A DNA stretch of 64,000 bases from an uncultured Verrucomicrobiae bacterium (GTDB taxonomy: Bacteria; Verrucomicrobiota; Verrucomicrobiia; Chthoniobacterales; JAFAMB01): NCBI GenBank assembly GCA_963762565.1, contig CAVXLD010000001.1:416001-480000 (forward strand), in the 5' to 3' direction. A program made the position numbers and the translations under genes. A model generated the notes under the pieces. That model worked only from the letters and a program-made list of their open reading frames with translations. It was not told where the DNA came from and did no database searches. How positions within the stretch are numbered: position 1 is the first letter of the stretch; every line of letters begins with the position of its first letter. This document shows, piece by piece, positions 40,879 through 51,411 of this stretch.

Positions 40879-42024
40879 TTAAAATTTTGAGAGGTGCCGC
40901 ACCCTAACCATCATTTCGGGTCGGTTGGCAGGCGCCTCTTCCTTACCACGCCGATAGATATTTATCAGCACCCCGACACAAACTAGGCAGAAAAAGAGGT
41001 TGGAACCGCCGTAGCTAATAAAGGGTAAGGGCGATCCTTTGTTGGGCAGCATGGAGGTAGTCACTCCGACATTAACCAGAGCCTGCAAGGCAAGCAGCGA
41101 AGTGCAGCCGAAACCAAACAGCATACCGAAGCGGTCTCTAGCGTTCAGGCTGATGAGTGTGCCGCTAGTCAAAATCAACAGGTAGCAGAAAACGATCACG
41201 AGTGTAACCCGCAGACCGAGTTCTTCGCCGACGACCGGAAAAATGAAATCCGCATAGGCGTATTCCAGGTAGAACATCTTCTGGCGACCGTTGCCAAGAC
41301 CCAGTCCGTCGATGCCACCGGACCCGAGCGCAATCAACCCCATAAACTGCTGTTGAGCTTCGCTATTCTGATATTGCTCAGGATGAACGAAGGCGAGCAA
41401 TCGACTCTGCCTTCCGGGAAACATCCAGGCAAAGGCTAAAAGTCCGACCAAGCCTGCAACTATGCTGGGTATCAGGAAACGCAGGTTTACCCCCGCAACG
41501 AACATTATCAGCAGTGCGGTAGCACCAATCATGGCCGTCGTACCAAGATCGGTCTCCTTCACTATTAGAGCCAGGATTCCGCCAACGACTGCAAATGGGA
41601 TCAACAAGCCCTTTACGATTCGATTTTGTTCGGATTCGAACCTGGCGAACCACCAAGCGACAAATACTACTACCGCGAATTTGGCGAGTTCAGATGGTTG
41701 CACGGTCACGGATCCGAGGCGGACCCAGCGGTAGGAGTGATTTATATAGAGCCCGAATGGCCGAATGAAGCAAAGGGCGAGAAGCAGGTAAGAGGCGGCG
41801 ATCAAGACGATCCAACCGCGTTGCCACCAGCGGTAATCAATCGTGGCGCACGCCACAGCGACTACAAAGCCGAATCCGAGCCAGAAGCCCTGTTTACGGA
41901 GAAAGCTGAATTGATCGCCATGACCGTCGGACGCAAATGCTCCGGCACTGAAGAGCATGACGACCCCGATCGCGATCAGGACGGCAACAGAAAATAGAAG
42001 AATGAAAGCGCTCTTTTTGTGCAT
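40879..42024 (-). CDS. ftsW: SEDS lipid II polymerase FtsW
   Basis: RW, QPSELAK, DLGT, DFIF..GEELG, PNKG.PLPFISYGGS. Confidence 0.95.
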   Translation of the reverse strand: MHKKSAFILLFSVAVLIAIGVVMLFSAGAFASDGHGDQFSFLRKQGFWLGFGFVVAVACATIDYRWWQRGWIVLIAASYLLLALCFIRPFGLYINHSYRWVRLGSVTVQPSELAKFAVVVFVAWWFARFESEQNRIVKGLLIPFAVVGGILALIVKETDLGTTAMIGATALLIMFVAGVNLRFLIPSIVAGLVGLLAFAWMFPGRQSRLLAFVHPEQYQNSEAQQQFMGLIALGSGGIDGLGLGNGRQKMFYLEYAYADFIFPVVGEELGLRVTLVIVFCYLLILTSGTLISLNARDRFGMLFGFGCTSLLALQALVNVGVTTSMLPNKGSPLPFISYGGSNLFFCLVCVGVLINIYRRGKEEAPANRPEMMVRVRHLSKF

Positions 42025-42252
42025 AACTCAGCCTGCAATGTCCGGCAATCGTCAAAATTACCGGACATTGCAGGCTATGGCGGCAGAGCGCCCGGCTAAC
42101 GCCGGTCACTCTGCCGCAGTTAAGGGTTTAAAATTGTATGTCTTGAGAGCTGTTCGGCAGGCGGTGACGCCGGTCGAACAGCCACAGCCTGCGCGCACCG
42201 GCAGTTTGGAGAGAGGTTTGATACCTCCCTCGAAACTGCCGGTGCGCGCAGG

Positions 42253-42936
42253 CTATGGGATTAAAATGCGTTGGCCTACCTGTAGTTTCTTCGGGTCGTC
42301 AATGTTGTTAACTCGTAAAAGCTGCGATGCGGTTACCTTGAATCTCCTGGCGATCGCTGCTGGGTTGTCGCCACGTTGAATCGTGTAGAATTTTCCATTC
42401 TCACCGCCGCCTGCCACGGTCCGTCCACCGGTCTGGCGGCTATCCAACAATTTCTCTAGTTCTGCGCTTCCCTTCGCATTCGTGTGCTCAGGAATGACGA
42501 GCTCTCGTCCTATGGCCACGATCGTGCCCGGAGCTAGATTGTTGGTCGTTTCCAAATCACGCGCAGTCAGTCCGAACTGAGCGGCGACCCCCGCCAACGT
42601 GTCACCGGCCTTCACCTGGTAGACCAAGGTCTGGCCAGAAGAATGAGCGCGCCCGTTCGCGAGATTCGCTACCGGCGTCGAGGTCGGGCTAGCCGGTTCC
42701 GCTTGGTTCTTGACCGCGTTCGTCGATGACTGGCGGTCCTTCAATGTGCTGAATGCGAAGATCCCTCCGACCGCCACGATGTGTAGCAGAAGCACTACCA
42801 CAAAAGCGCGAGAGAGCTTAACGTTCGGTTCTTCGACGAAATATTCGTCTTCGTCGTAACGCGCGGATTTCCTTGCTGCCGCTGCTCTCAATTTTTTCCG
42901 CGGCATTCGCTGGACGGGACGTTTAATCATCTTCAT
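42253..42936 (-). CDS. Membrane-anchored double-LysM protein
   Basis: One TM helix; YQVKAGDTLAGVA and YTIQRGDNPAAIA LysM repeats. Confidence 0.9.
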   Translation of the reverse strand: MKMIKRPVQRMPRKKLRAAAARKSARYDEDEYFVEEPNVKLSRAFVVVLLLHIVAVGGIFAFSTLKDRQSSTNAVKNQAEPASPTSTPVANLANGRAHSSGQTLVYQVKAGDTLAGVAAQFGLTARDLETTNNLAPGTIVAIGRELVIPEHTNAKGSAELEKLLDSRQTGGRTVAGGGENGKFYTIQRGDNPAAIARRFKVTASQLLRVNNIDDPKKLQVGQRILIP

Positions 42937-44255
42937 TTGGCAAGATCCTGGACCTGTTGGCGAAATTGGTTCCCCCGATCCGCATAGTTTTTAAACATGT
43001 CGAAAGAGGAGGTACCTGGAGAAAAAAGAACTGTATCGCCGGGTATGGCCTGGCGGCGGGCGGCGGCGACAGCATCAGCTAAGTCCACGGCCTGAGTACA
43101 TCGGACGACCGAAGACCAGGACCGCTCAATTCGCGCCGCCATCTCTCCGATCAAAACCGCGTGTTTTGTTTTTCTTTTAACTAACTCGGCGATGGAATCG
43201 AAAGGGAACCCTTTATCCTTTCCGCCGGCGATCAGTATGACCGGGTGCGACTGCGACTCGAGGGCTTTGGCCAATGCATCGAGATTCGTGGCCTTAGAAT
43301 CATTGATAAACACGACTCCATCGACTTCCCCGACCCGCTCGCAGCGATGCGGCAGAAGCCGGTATTCGCTCAACCCAGCGGATGCTTCTTTCCACGGGAC
43401 GTTTAGTGCATAAGCGACACCTAAAGCTGCCATCAGATTCTCGGCGTTATGCACACCGCTCAAGTTGGTGGACTTCATGTCGAGCACGGGTTCACCGTGG
43501 AACAGCAGCCGCTCACCCGACACGCAGAGATCGGCCTCTCCCGGATACACGTTAAAAGTGATCGTTTTTGATTTGAGCCCAGGAAGTTGATCTCGAGCAT
43601 TCACCACCGCGAAATCGCCCGCCTCCTGTCGCTCAAAGATCCGGAGTTTAGCGTCCCGATACTCTTGCATATCACGATATCGGTCGAGATGATCCGGCGT
43701 GAAGTTTAGCCAAACCGCGACGTGCGGCCGGAATGTCGATATGGTCTCTAGCTGAAATGAACTAACTTCGACGGTAAAGAAATCCAGCTCATCTTGGTGT
43801 TCGATCGCTTGGCAAAACGGCATACCGATGTTGCCGCACGCGATGGTGCGGACGCCCGCGCGCTGAAGCATTAGCTCTACTAACTGAGTGGTTGTCGTTT
43901 TACCGTTTGTCCCGGTAATAGCGATGACGGGTTTATGGCAAAACCGAAAAGCCAGCTCCAATTCACCAGTAAACTCCGCTTTTTGCCGGGCAAAATTTTG
44001 CACGAGCTCAACCTGAGGGTCGATTCCCGGGCTCAGGACCGTAAGATCGAAATTAACAGTGCCCCGTTCGGCATCTGCTCCCAAAATCGTCTTGATTCCT
44101 AGGGCGTCCATCTTCTGAGCGCGCTCGCGAAGCTGCGGCGTATCAGCGCTATCAAAAACCGTCACGTCGGCCCCTTCCTGCTGGAGAAGCCGGGCGGCTG
44201 CTTCTCCGCTGGTGCCTAATCCTAAGACGGCAGCTTTGGTCGCGTTAAGTTTCAT
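42933..44255 (-). CDS. murD: UDP-MurNAc-L-Ala--D-Glu ligase
   Basis: GLGTSG, SPGI, ITGTNGKTTT, EVSSFQL, DHLDRY, NDSKATN; start MKLNATK overlaps the mraY stop. Confidence 0.96.
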   Translation of the reverse strand: MKLNATKAAVLGLGTSGEAAARLLQQEGADVTVFDSADTPQLRERAQKMDALGIKTILGADAERGTVNFDLTVLSPGIDPQVELVQNFARQKAEFTGELELAFRFCHKPVIAITGTNGKTTTTQLVELMLQRAGVRTIACGNIGMPFCQAIEHQDELDFFTVEVSSFQLETISTFRPHVAVWLNFTPDHLDRYRDMQEYRDAKLRIFERQEAGDFAVVNARDQLPGLKSKTITFNVYPGEADLCVSGERLLFHGEPVLDMKSTNLSGVHNAENLMAALGVAYALNVPWKEASAGLSEYRLLPHRCERVGEVDGVVFINDSKATNLDALAKALESQSHPVILIAGGKDKGFPFDSIAELVKRKTKHAVLIGEMAARIERSWSSVVRCTQAVDLADAVAAARRQAIPGDTVLFSPGTSSFDMFKNYADRGNQFRQQVQDLAK

Positions 44256-45364
44256 CTGAGTTTCAATGTGGCCAGACCTAGCAACGCGAACATCAAGGAC
44301 ATGATCCAGAACCGCACGATAACGGTGTTCTCTTTCCAACCTTTCAGCTCGAAGTGATGATGGAGCGGCGCCATTAGCAGCACCCGTTTACCCCTGGTCT
44401 TGAAGCTGAATACCTGGACGATAACGGACACCGCTTCGATGACGAAGATTCCACCTACTACGGCCAATAGCAGCTCCTGCTTACAGCAGATTGCGACGAC
44501 GCCGAGCGTGCTCCCAATCGATAGGGAACCGGTATCGCCCATAAAGACTCTGGCCGGATGGCAATTGAACCACAGAAAGCCCAGACCTGCCCCGGCCAGC
44601 CCTGTGCAAAGAACTGTCAGCTCGCTGCTCTGCGGGTAGTAAGGCAACTCCAGATAGGTCGCTACAACCACGTTACCGGCAGCATACGCAAGGATTGCAT
44701 AGGTTGTCGCGACTGTGACCGTGCAACCGGTGGCTAAACCATCCAGACCGTCCGTCAGATTCACGGCATTCGAGGCGCCCACTACCACAAGCGCAAAGAA
44801 AAGAATGGTCAGCCAACCGAGATTGGGGATGATCGGCTCTTTGAAAAACGGGATGTAAAGCTCTTTGGCCTGGATCTCCAGAGACGGATTGGTGAGGAAG
44901 AACGTGGTAACGACTGCGGCCAGAAAGAACTGGCAGATCAGTTTTATTCGGCCGGGAACGCCATCCGATTTCTTTTTTGTGACCTTTAGATAGTCATCGG
45001 CAAAACCAAGGCCGGCGGTGAAAACAATGGTGAAAAGACAGAGCCAAATGAAGCTGTTGTCCGGTCGCGCCCAAATCAAGGTGCTGATGACAACGGATCC
45101 CATTAAAAGGACACCGCCCATGGTGGGCGTCCCTTTCTTCGAGCCGTGCAGTTCGTAAAGCCGATGCACCTCTTCGGCGGTGCGAATAGGTTGGCCGAAT
45201 TTGAGCGAGGTGAGCTTGCGAATGACCCAGCTGCCGCTAACTAAGCAAAGCAAGAACGCGGTAATCCCAGCGCAAACAGCCCGGAATGAGACATATTGAA
45301 ACACGTTAAAGCCGGTACTGACGGGATGTGGGCCCTGGCTCAGGTGATAAAGGTAATACATCAT
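44252..45364 (-). CDS. mraY: Phospho-MurNAc-pentapeptide transferase
   Basis: KKGTPTMGG, DDY, NAVNLTDGLDGL, FMGDTGS, MAPLHHHFE. Confidence 0.98.
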   Translation of the reverse strand: MMYYLYHLSQGPHPVSTGFNVFQYVSFRAVCAGITAFLLCLVSGSWVIRKLTSLKFGQPIRTAEEVHRLYELHGSKKGTPTMGGVLLMGSVVISTLIWARPDNSFIWLCLFTIVFTAGLGFADDYLKVTKKKSDGVPGRIKLICQFFLAAVVTTFFLTNPSLEIQAKELYIPFFKEPIIPNLGWLTILFFALVVVGASNAVNLTDGLDGLATGCTVTVATTYAILAYAAGNVVVATYLELPYYPQSSELTVLCTGLAGAGLGFLWFNCHPARVFMGDTGSLSIGSTLGVVAICCKQELLLAVVGGIFVIEAVSVIVQVFSFKTRGKRVLLMAPLHHHFELKGWKENTVIVRFWIMSLMFALLGLATLKLR

Positions 45365-46749
45365 TGCGCCCTCCTTTGGCCCGAGGTTCGGGCCGCTTCA
45401 AGCAGCGGAATGATTTGATCGATGGCGGCGCTCCGGCTGCCCTTCAGCAGAAGAAGGTCCCCCGGCTCTAAAATTGTGTTCAGGAGATCGGCCGCTTCAG
45501 CGTTGCTTTTGGCCGTCCGACTTTCTGTCAATCCGGCAGCAAGGGCGCTTCTAGCAATCGGATACGCTGTTTCACCAACCGCAACCAGTACGTCAAATCC
45601 GTGCTCAGCCGCCGCTCTCCCTACCCTCTCATGGCCAACCAGGCTCTCTTGGCCGAGTTCACCCATTCCCCCCAGGGCGGCAACCCGACGACCATTTGCC
45701 GGCAGGCTCGCAACAGTCCTGAGCGCGGCAATCATTGAGTCAGGATTCGCGTTGTACGCGTCGTTAACGATAGAGATCCCCCCCAGTGCCTTTACCTGCA
45801 ATCGTCCCGATGGAAGGGCCGTCTTCGCTAACCCGGCGGCGCACTCGGCTAGCGACAAGCCAAACGTCAAACCGATTGCGACTGCCTGCAAAGCATTGAC
45901 CACCATGTGCTCGCCCAGCACCGGCAAATGCACTCGATGTTCCTCTTTTTGCGTTGCGATGGTGAATTCTTCTCCCTCAGGGCTATGCCTGATACCTCGA
46001 GCCCGGATTTGCCCTTTGTCTAATCCGACTGTCACGACCTGGGCCTGGCAGCGTCCGGCAATCCAGTCGGCAAAATCGTCGCTGGCGTTCAACACGACCA
46101 CGCCTTCCTTGAGGACGCTTTCTGCCAAAACAGCCTTTTCGCGGGCGATCCCTTCCCGGCTCCCGAGAAACTCGATGTGGGCAACCCCGATGTTCGTAAC
46201 GATTGCGTGCTGGGGTGACGCGATGCCGACTAAGCTGGCGATTTCTCCGGGATGGTTTGTTCCGTATTCGATAATCGCGACCTGATGGTGGCGCTCAAAT
46301 CGCAATACGGAGAGCGGCACCCCGATGTGATTGTTCATGTTGCCGACCGTCTTAGTGACTTGAAATTTTTCACTCAAAACCGAGGCCACCATTTCCTTGG
46401 TACTCGTTTTGCCGTTGCTTCCTGTAATCCCCACGATCGGGATCTGGAATTTTCGACGATAGTTTGTCGCCAAGGTCTGCAGACCAACCAACGAATCAGG
46501 CACCTCGATTTGCGGCAGATCCGGTAATGCTTGATTCACCTTTTCCACCAAAGCGGCAACAGCCCCTTGTTCGAACGCGGTCGCCAGGAAATCATGCGCG
46601 TCAAACCGCTCGCCGCGCAAAGCGACGAAGAGTTGGCCGGGCTGGATCGAGCGGGTATCAGTCGAAACTGCGGTAACCACTCCTGAGCCGGAGCCAAACA
46701 ACTTTCCGGAAGCCAAGCCGGCGATTTCAGCGACGGTGCTAGGTTCCAT
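45361..46749 (-). CDS. murF: UDP-MurNAc-tripeptide--D-Ala-D-Ala ligase
   Basis: TDTR, ITGSNGKTSTKE, NNHIGVP, NDAYNANPDS, LKGSR. Confidence 0.96.
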   Translation of the reverse strand: MEPSTVAEIAGLASGKLFGSGSGVVTAVSTDTRSIQPGQLFVALRGERFDAHDFLATAFEQGAVAALVEKVNQALPDLPQIEVPDSLVGLQTLATNYRRKFQIPIVGITGSNGKTSTKEMVASVLSEKFQVTKTVGNMNNHIGVPLSVLRFERHHQVAIIEYGTNHPGEIASLVGIASPQHAIVTNIGVAHIEFLGSREGIAREKAVLAESVLKEGVVVLNASDDFADWIAGRCQAQVVTVGLDKGQIRARGIRHSPEGEEFTIATQKEEHRVHLPVLGEHMVVNALQAVAIGLTFGLSLAECAAGLAKTALPSGRLQVKALGGISIVNDAYNANPDSMIAALRTVASLPANGRRVAALGGMGELGQESLVGHERVGRAAAEHGFDVLVAVGETAYPIARSALAAGLTESRTAKSNAEAADLLNTILEPGDLLLLKGSRSAAIDQIIPLLEAARTSGQRRAQ

Positions 46750-48247
46750 ATTCCCCTAATTTAACTGGGTGGTCTTCCAATGCTCTCAGGGCCACCTCGA
46801 TGTCATCGAACGGCACCGTGTGATCTCGGAACTCTTGATATTTTTCGTGACCCTTTCCGGCGATCAACACAATGTCCCTAGGCTGGGCCAAAGTGATTGC
46901 GCGGCTGATGGCTTCCCGCCGGTCGACGATGATTTCAAATTTTCGTTTTTTGAAACCCGCTACGACTTCATGAATGATCGCCTCGGGATCTTCCTTACGC
47001 GGATTGTCTGAGGTCACAATGGAGTAATCCGCAAATTGATCGGCCACCGCTCCCATCAGCGGCCGTTTGGCCCGATCCCGGTCGCCTCCACACCCAAACA
47101 CCACGATCAGGCGGCCAGGATTCAGATCACGGCAAGTCTTGATCACGTTCAATAGCGCATCGTCCGTGTGCGCATAATCGACAAAGACTTGAAACTGCCG
47201 CTTGGCCGGAACCGCTTCCAGGCGCCCGGGAATTTGCGGGGCGCGAGCCAATGCTAAAACTGAGGACCGAATATCGATGCCCAGGGCAGACGCCGTGGCC
47301 AGCGCCGCCAACGAGTTATAGATATTGAATCGGCCGATTAGAGGAACCCGGACCAAATAGCTCTTCCCCTTTACATCGAGTTGATAAGAGGTGCCCGTAG
47401 ATTCGACTCGGTAGCTGCTTGCTCGGAAGTCAGCTCGAGCACCCATTCCGTAGGTCACCAAATTCAACCGATCAGAGAAACGAGCCACCAATTGCTGGCC
47501 GTAAGGGTCATCAACATTGATTATCCCGATCCCGGATTTCGGCGTCTCATCACTGATCTTTTCGAACAGCTTTTCCTTCGCTTGGAAGTACTCTTTCATT
47601 CCTCGATGAAAATCGAGATGGTCCTGAGTGAGGTTGGTGAAGACAGCAGCTCGAAACCGCATTTCGTCGACTCGGTTTAAAGCCAGCGCGATCGAGGAAA
47701 CCTCCATCGCCAGATTAACGCAACCGGCCTCCAAGGCTTGGGAAAAAAGTTGCTGCAAGTCGACGGACTCGGGCGTTGTCCGTTGAGCCGGCAAGATTCG
47801 TTCCCCGATCTGGTAAGAGACGGTGCCGATGACACCAGTCCGTTGCCCGGCTCGTTCCAGAAGATGCTTAATTAAGAAGGTAGTCGTGGTTTTACCGTTT
47901 GTACCGGTCACGCCCACCAGTTTTAGCCGGGTAGACGGATCATCGTAAAAAGTTGCCGCCAGACGTGCCAGCGCGTCACGGGAATCTTTTATCTGGATAT
48001 GGGTCGCTCGTGTTGTCAGGTGCGGTTTCTGCGAGACCACGGCGGTTGCCCCCCTCTCAATGGCTTGCTCGATAAAAGCATGCCCATCCACCTGGTTCCC
48101 TTCGATCGCACAAAACAAGCTTCCTGGAGCAACCTGGCGCGAGTCGTAACAAATAGCGGTTACATCTCGGGCAAGCGACCCGGTAACTAAGGGCTTTTCC
48201 AGACGACGAATTAATTTCTCCAGCTCCATATCTGATCGATTAACCAC
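46739..48247 (-). CDS. murE: UDP-MurNAc-dipeptide--meso-DAP ligase
   Basis: VTGTNGKTTT, TTPES, DHLDFH, DYAHT, DNPR (DAP-specific), AGKGHE. Confidence 0.96.
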   Translation of the reverse strand: MVNRSDMELEKLIRRLEKPLVTGSLARDVTAICYDSRQVAPGSLFCAIEGNQVDGHAFIEQAIERGATAVVSQKPHLTTRATHIQIKDSRDALARLAATFYDDPSTRLKLVGVTGTNGKTTTTFLIKHLLERAGQRTGVIGTVSYQIGERILPAQRTTPESVDLQQLFSQALEAGCVNLAMEVSSIALALNRVDEMRFRAAVFTNLTQDHLDFHRGMKEYFQAKEKLFEKISDETPKSGIGIINVDDPYGQQLVARFSDRLNLVTYGMGARADFRASSYRVESTGTSYQLDVKGKSYLVRVPLIGRFNIYNSLAALATASALGIDIRSSVLALARAPQIPGRLEAVPAKRQFQVFVDYAHTDDALLNVIKTCRDLNPGRLIVVFGCGGDRDRAKRPLMGAVADQFADYSIVTSDNPRKEDPEAIIHEVVAGFKKRKFEIIVDRREAISRAITLAQPRDIVLIAGKGHEKYQEFRDHTVPFDDIEVALRALEDHPVKLGEYGT

Positions 48248-50033
48248 GCCCGGCCAGAGTTGAAGTCAATTTTTTCGGTGTCTCAACTAAACCAGGGGGC
48301 TCCACTGGTGCGGTTGGTTGCAATTCAAGATAATCCGCAGCTCGTTTGGCGATTCTAGCAAACACCGGGGCGGCTACCTTGCCACCGTACGCTCTGGGGA
48401 TGTCAGGAGCATCAATCACCACCAACAGAGCGAATTTCGGGTCGTCTGCGGGCAGGAATCCCACGAAAGAAACCACATACTTCCCCTCCATATAGCCGCC
48501 TCGCGGATCGATTTTCTGCGCCGTCCCGGTTTTGCCGGCAACCGTGAAGCCGGGAACCGCAGCGTCCTTCGCCGTCCCGTTTTTGCTAACTACGTCCTTC
48601 AGGGCCGAAACAATCTTTTTAGCCGTGTCGGCAGAAATGACTCGGCGGACCTGCACCGGGGAATAGGTCACCACGGGTCTGCCATCGGGGTCGTCGATCT
48701 CTGAAACAATCATCGGTTTCATGAGAGTACCGCCGTTCGCGATCGCAGACATGGCGCTAACGAGTTGCAGAGGGGTGACGGCAACGGATTGCCCCATAGG
48801 CACACGCGTAATATCTAGCTCGCTCCAGCGGTACGGCGGATTTACCAAGCCGGGAATCTCCCCAGACAAGGAAATACCCGTACCCTCGCCGAACCCATAA
48901 CGCCGAATGTATTGGTAGAATCGATCTTTACCGAGCTGGATTGCGAGCTTCGCGGCTCCGATGTTACTCGAATGCGCCAACACTTGATGCAGGGTCAGCA
49001 TCCCCATGGGCTCGTCATCGTGAAGAATATGGCCGGCGTAGAAATAAGCTCCGTTCTCGCAATAGATCTTGGTTTCCGGGGTCGCGACTTTCTCTTCAAC
49101 TGCAGCTGAGGTGACAACGATTTTAAACGTTGACCCCGGTTCGTACATATCGGTAATAGGGCGATCCTTTTGTTCGTCCGGAGTAGAGACGCCTGGGTTA
49201 TTACAGTCAAAACTCGGCCGGCTGGCCATCGCCAGGATCTCTCCAGTCGTCGGGCGAATCATCACCGCAGCTTCCATCTGGGGTTTGTATTGAGCCCAAG
49301 CGGCATCTAATTCGCTCTCGACGATGTTTTGCAGCTCCAAATCAATGGTCAGCCTGACATCGCAGCCGTCTTTAGCCGGGGTCTCCAGGCCGCGATACTG
49401 GACCAATTCATGACCTTTTTGGTCTTCCTCCAGATAGCGGAATCCGTTGGTCCCTTTTAGGAAATCTTGCATCGATCTTTCGATCCCGAGCCTTGGTTCA
49501 TGACCCGCATCGAGAAAACCGATGACCTGAGCTAATAAGCTCCCGTTCGGATAAAGCCGATCAAAATTGAGGTCAAAATAAATACCGGCCAGCTGCTTTT
49601 GGCCTTTAGTAATTTTGTCAATGTTCTCGTAGACCTCTTCCGAGACACCTCTCTTCAGGACCCTCGATTCCGTTTTCTTGTCCGCTATGGTTTTAGCGAC
49701 AACGGCTTTCAGCTTTGCTTCGAGCTCAGCTGGATCCATTTCCAACTGACCAGCGATTGCCTGCGCCAAAGCAGCCGGGTTCCGAATATGCGAACCGTCG
49801 GCAGCCACGTCGTAGATGCGCCGGTTCTCGGCGAGCGGTTCGCCGCGACAACCACGGATGACCCCGCGACGCGCGTAGATGATTTGCTTGTGGACATGCT
49901 TTTCCGCGGCAAGCGCTACATACACATCGTGCTGGATGACCTGGAGATAGATGAGTCTGACTGAAAACAGACTAAACACTCCCACCAGGGCGAAGCAGAC
50001 GATGGCAGCTCTGGCTTGCTCATTCCGATTCAT
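48240..50033 (-). CDS. ftsI: Class B PBP (FtsI/PBP3)
   Basis: RRG dimerisation motif, EPGSTFK, SSN, KTGTAQK. Confidence 0.95.
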   Translation of the reverse strand: MNRNEQARAAIVCFALVGVFSLFSVRLIYLQVIQHDVYVALAAEKHVHKQIIYARRGVIRGCRGEPLAENRRIYDVAADGSHIRNPAALAQAIAGQLEMDPAELEAKLKAVVAKTIADKKTESRVLKRGVSEEVYENIDKITKGQKQLAGIYFDLNFDRLYPNGSLLAQVIGFLDAGHEPRLGIERSMQDFLKGTNGFRYLEEDQKGHELVQYRGLETPAKDGCDVRLTIDLELQNIVESELDAAWAQYKPQMEAAVMIRPTTGEILAMASRPSFDCNNPGVSTPDEQKDRPITDMYEPGSTFKIVVTSAAVEEKVATPETKIYCENGAYFYAGHILHDDEPMGMLTLHQVLAHSSNIGAAKLAIQLGKDRFYQYIRRYGFGEGTGISLSGEIPGLVNPPYRWSELDITRVPMGQSVAVTPLQLVSAMSAIANGGTLMKPMIVSEIDDPDGRPVVTYSPVQVRRVISADTAKKIVSALKDVVSKNGTAKDAAVPGFTVAGKTGTAQKIDPRGGYMEGKYVVSFVGFLPADDPKFALLVVIDAPDIPRAYGGKVAAPVFARIAKRAADYLELQPTAPVEPPGLVETPKKLTSTLAGRG

Positions 50034-50392
50034 TTTCTAAAGGGCCGATTGGAGACAACACGGAGGTCGTCTCCATTCGGATAGTCTTGGTTAAGGCGAA
50101 CGACTTGATCAGTCGTAATCGGGACAAGACCAAAAGAGTTTTCCGCCAATTTCTTCTTTATCGCCGGCAAAGAGGTGAGGCTGTCGATCTGTAGCTGCAT
50201 GCCCTCGTTGTCCTTGCGGATTTCGGCCAGATCATGTTCCAGTTTGATCTGTTCGTCTCCCGAGAGCTTTAGCTGGTTCTTCAGGTAGACATAGCTTATG
50301 CCGGCGGATGCGATAAACACCGCCGCAATAATGACCTTACACAGAGATGCGATCCGTATGGATGTAGCGGGCGCCCGTCGGTAGGAATTCAT
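50030..50392 (-). CDS. ftsL: FtsL-like protein
   Basis: TM helix + coiled coil between rsmH and ftsI. Confidence 0.65.
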   Translation of the reverse strand: MNSYRRAPATSIRIASLCKVIIAAVFIASAGISYVYLKNQLKLSGDEQIKLEHDLAEIRKDNEGMQLQIDSLTSLPAIKKKLAENSFGLVPITTDQVVRLNQDYPNGDDLRVVSNRPFRK

Positions 50393-51381
50393 AGTGTGTT
50401 ACGCTCAATGACTCGGAGCTTGGCGCTGCGAGCTCGTGGGTTCCTCAGCTTCTCCTCAGGCGACGCCTCGATTGGCCTCGTCGTGATCAGCTTAAAATTG
50501 AATGCCGGATTGGGCCGCGGTGCAGGCCATTCCGGGCGATCGATCCATTCTTGCGAAACTTTACGAAAATAATGTTTTACAATTCTGTCTTCGAGCGAAT
50601 GAAACGTGATCACCGCCAGCCGCCCTGCGGACTTCAACCATCCCGCGAGAGCTGGTAACGCCTGCTCTAAGACCCCAAGCTCATTATTAACTGCGATCCG
50701 CAGCCCCTGGAATACTCGAGTAGCCGGATGTCGAGGTCCCCTTCGCGGAACGACCTCCTCCACCGCCTTGGCCAGATCTGTTGTGGTTTGAAAAGGCCGT
50801 TCTGAGCGCTTTCGTACCAAATGCCCGGCGATTCTTCTGGCCGCTGGTTCCTCGCCCAATCGGCGGAAGATATCGATCAATTCCTCCTCTGGAGCTAGGT
50901 TCACCAAGTCCGCTGCTCGCAGGCTAATATTTGGTCCCATTCGCATGTCGAGCGGACCCTCCTCTTGAAAACTGAAGCCGCGGTAAGCAGTATCGAGCTG
51001 GTGCGACGACACGCCGAGGTCCATTAAAATCCCGTCAAACGCTGCCACACCAAGCGCTTCGAAGTGTCGAGGCGCCTCCACAAAGTTGGCCCTGATCAGG
51101 TGCAGTCGAGAACCGAACTCCGCTAAATGACCCAACACTTCGGAGATGGCTTCAGGGTCCTGATCCGAGGCTACCACGTCCGCGCCGGCTCCCAGCAAAG
51201 CGCGGGTATGGCCGCCCCCTCCCAAAGTGGCATCAAAAAAAAGCTTTCCCGGACTCGGGTTCAGCAACTCGATAGTCTCCGCTAACAAGACTGGTTCGTG
51301 GAAAGGCCTAGGCTGTCCCGCGTTCCGCACCATGACTTCTTTTTCTAGCAAACCGATCATGTTCTCCTCCGGACAAACCAA
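50389..51381 (-). CDS. rsmH: 16S rRNA m4C1402 methyltransferase
   Basis: HEPVLL, DATLGGGGH, DLGVSS, PLDMRM, FHSLEDR, NPRARSAKLR. Confidence 0.97.
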   Translation of the reverse strand: MVCPEENMIGLLEKEVMVRNAGQPRPFHEPVLLAETIELLNPSPGKLFFDATLGGGGHTRALLGAGADVVASDQDPEAISEVLGHLAEFGSRLHLIRANFVEAPRHFEALGVAAFDGILMDLGVSSHQLDTAYRGFSFQEEGPLDMRMGPNISLRAADLVNLAPEEELIDIFRRLGEEPAARRIAGHLVRKRSERPFQTTTDLAKAVEEVVPRRGPRHPATRVFQGLRIAVNNELGVLEQALPALAGWLKSAGRLAVITFHSLEDRIVKHYFRKVSQEWIDRPEWPAPRPNPAFNFKLITTRPIEASPEEKLRNPRARSAKLRVIERNTL

Positions 51382-51411
51382 ATTTTTGCACCAACGGGCC
51401 GGTTCTTGCCG

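Noticed and set aside
45422..46285. 287-aa plus-strand ORF
   Set aside because: Antisense shadow of murF, typical of GC-rich coding DNA.
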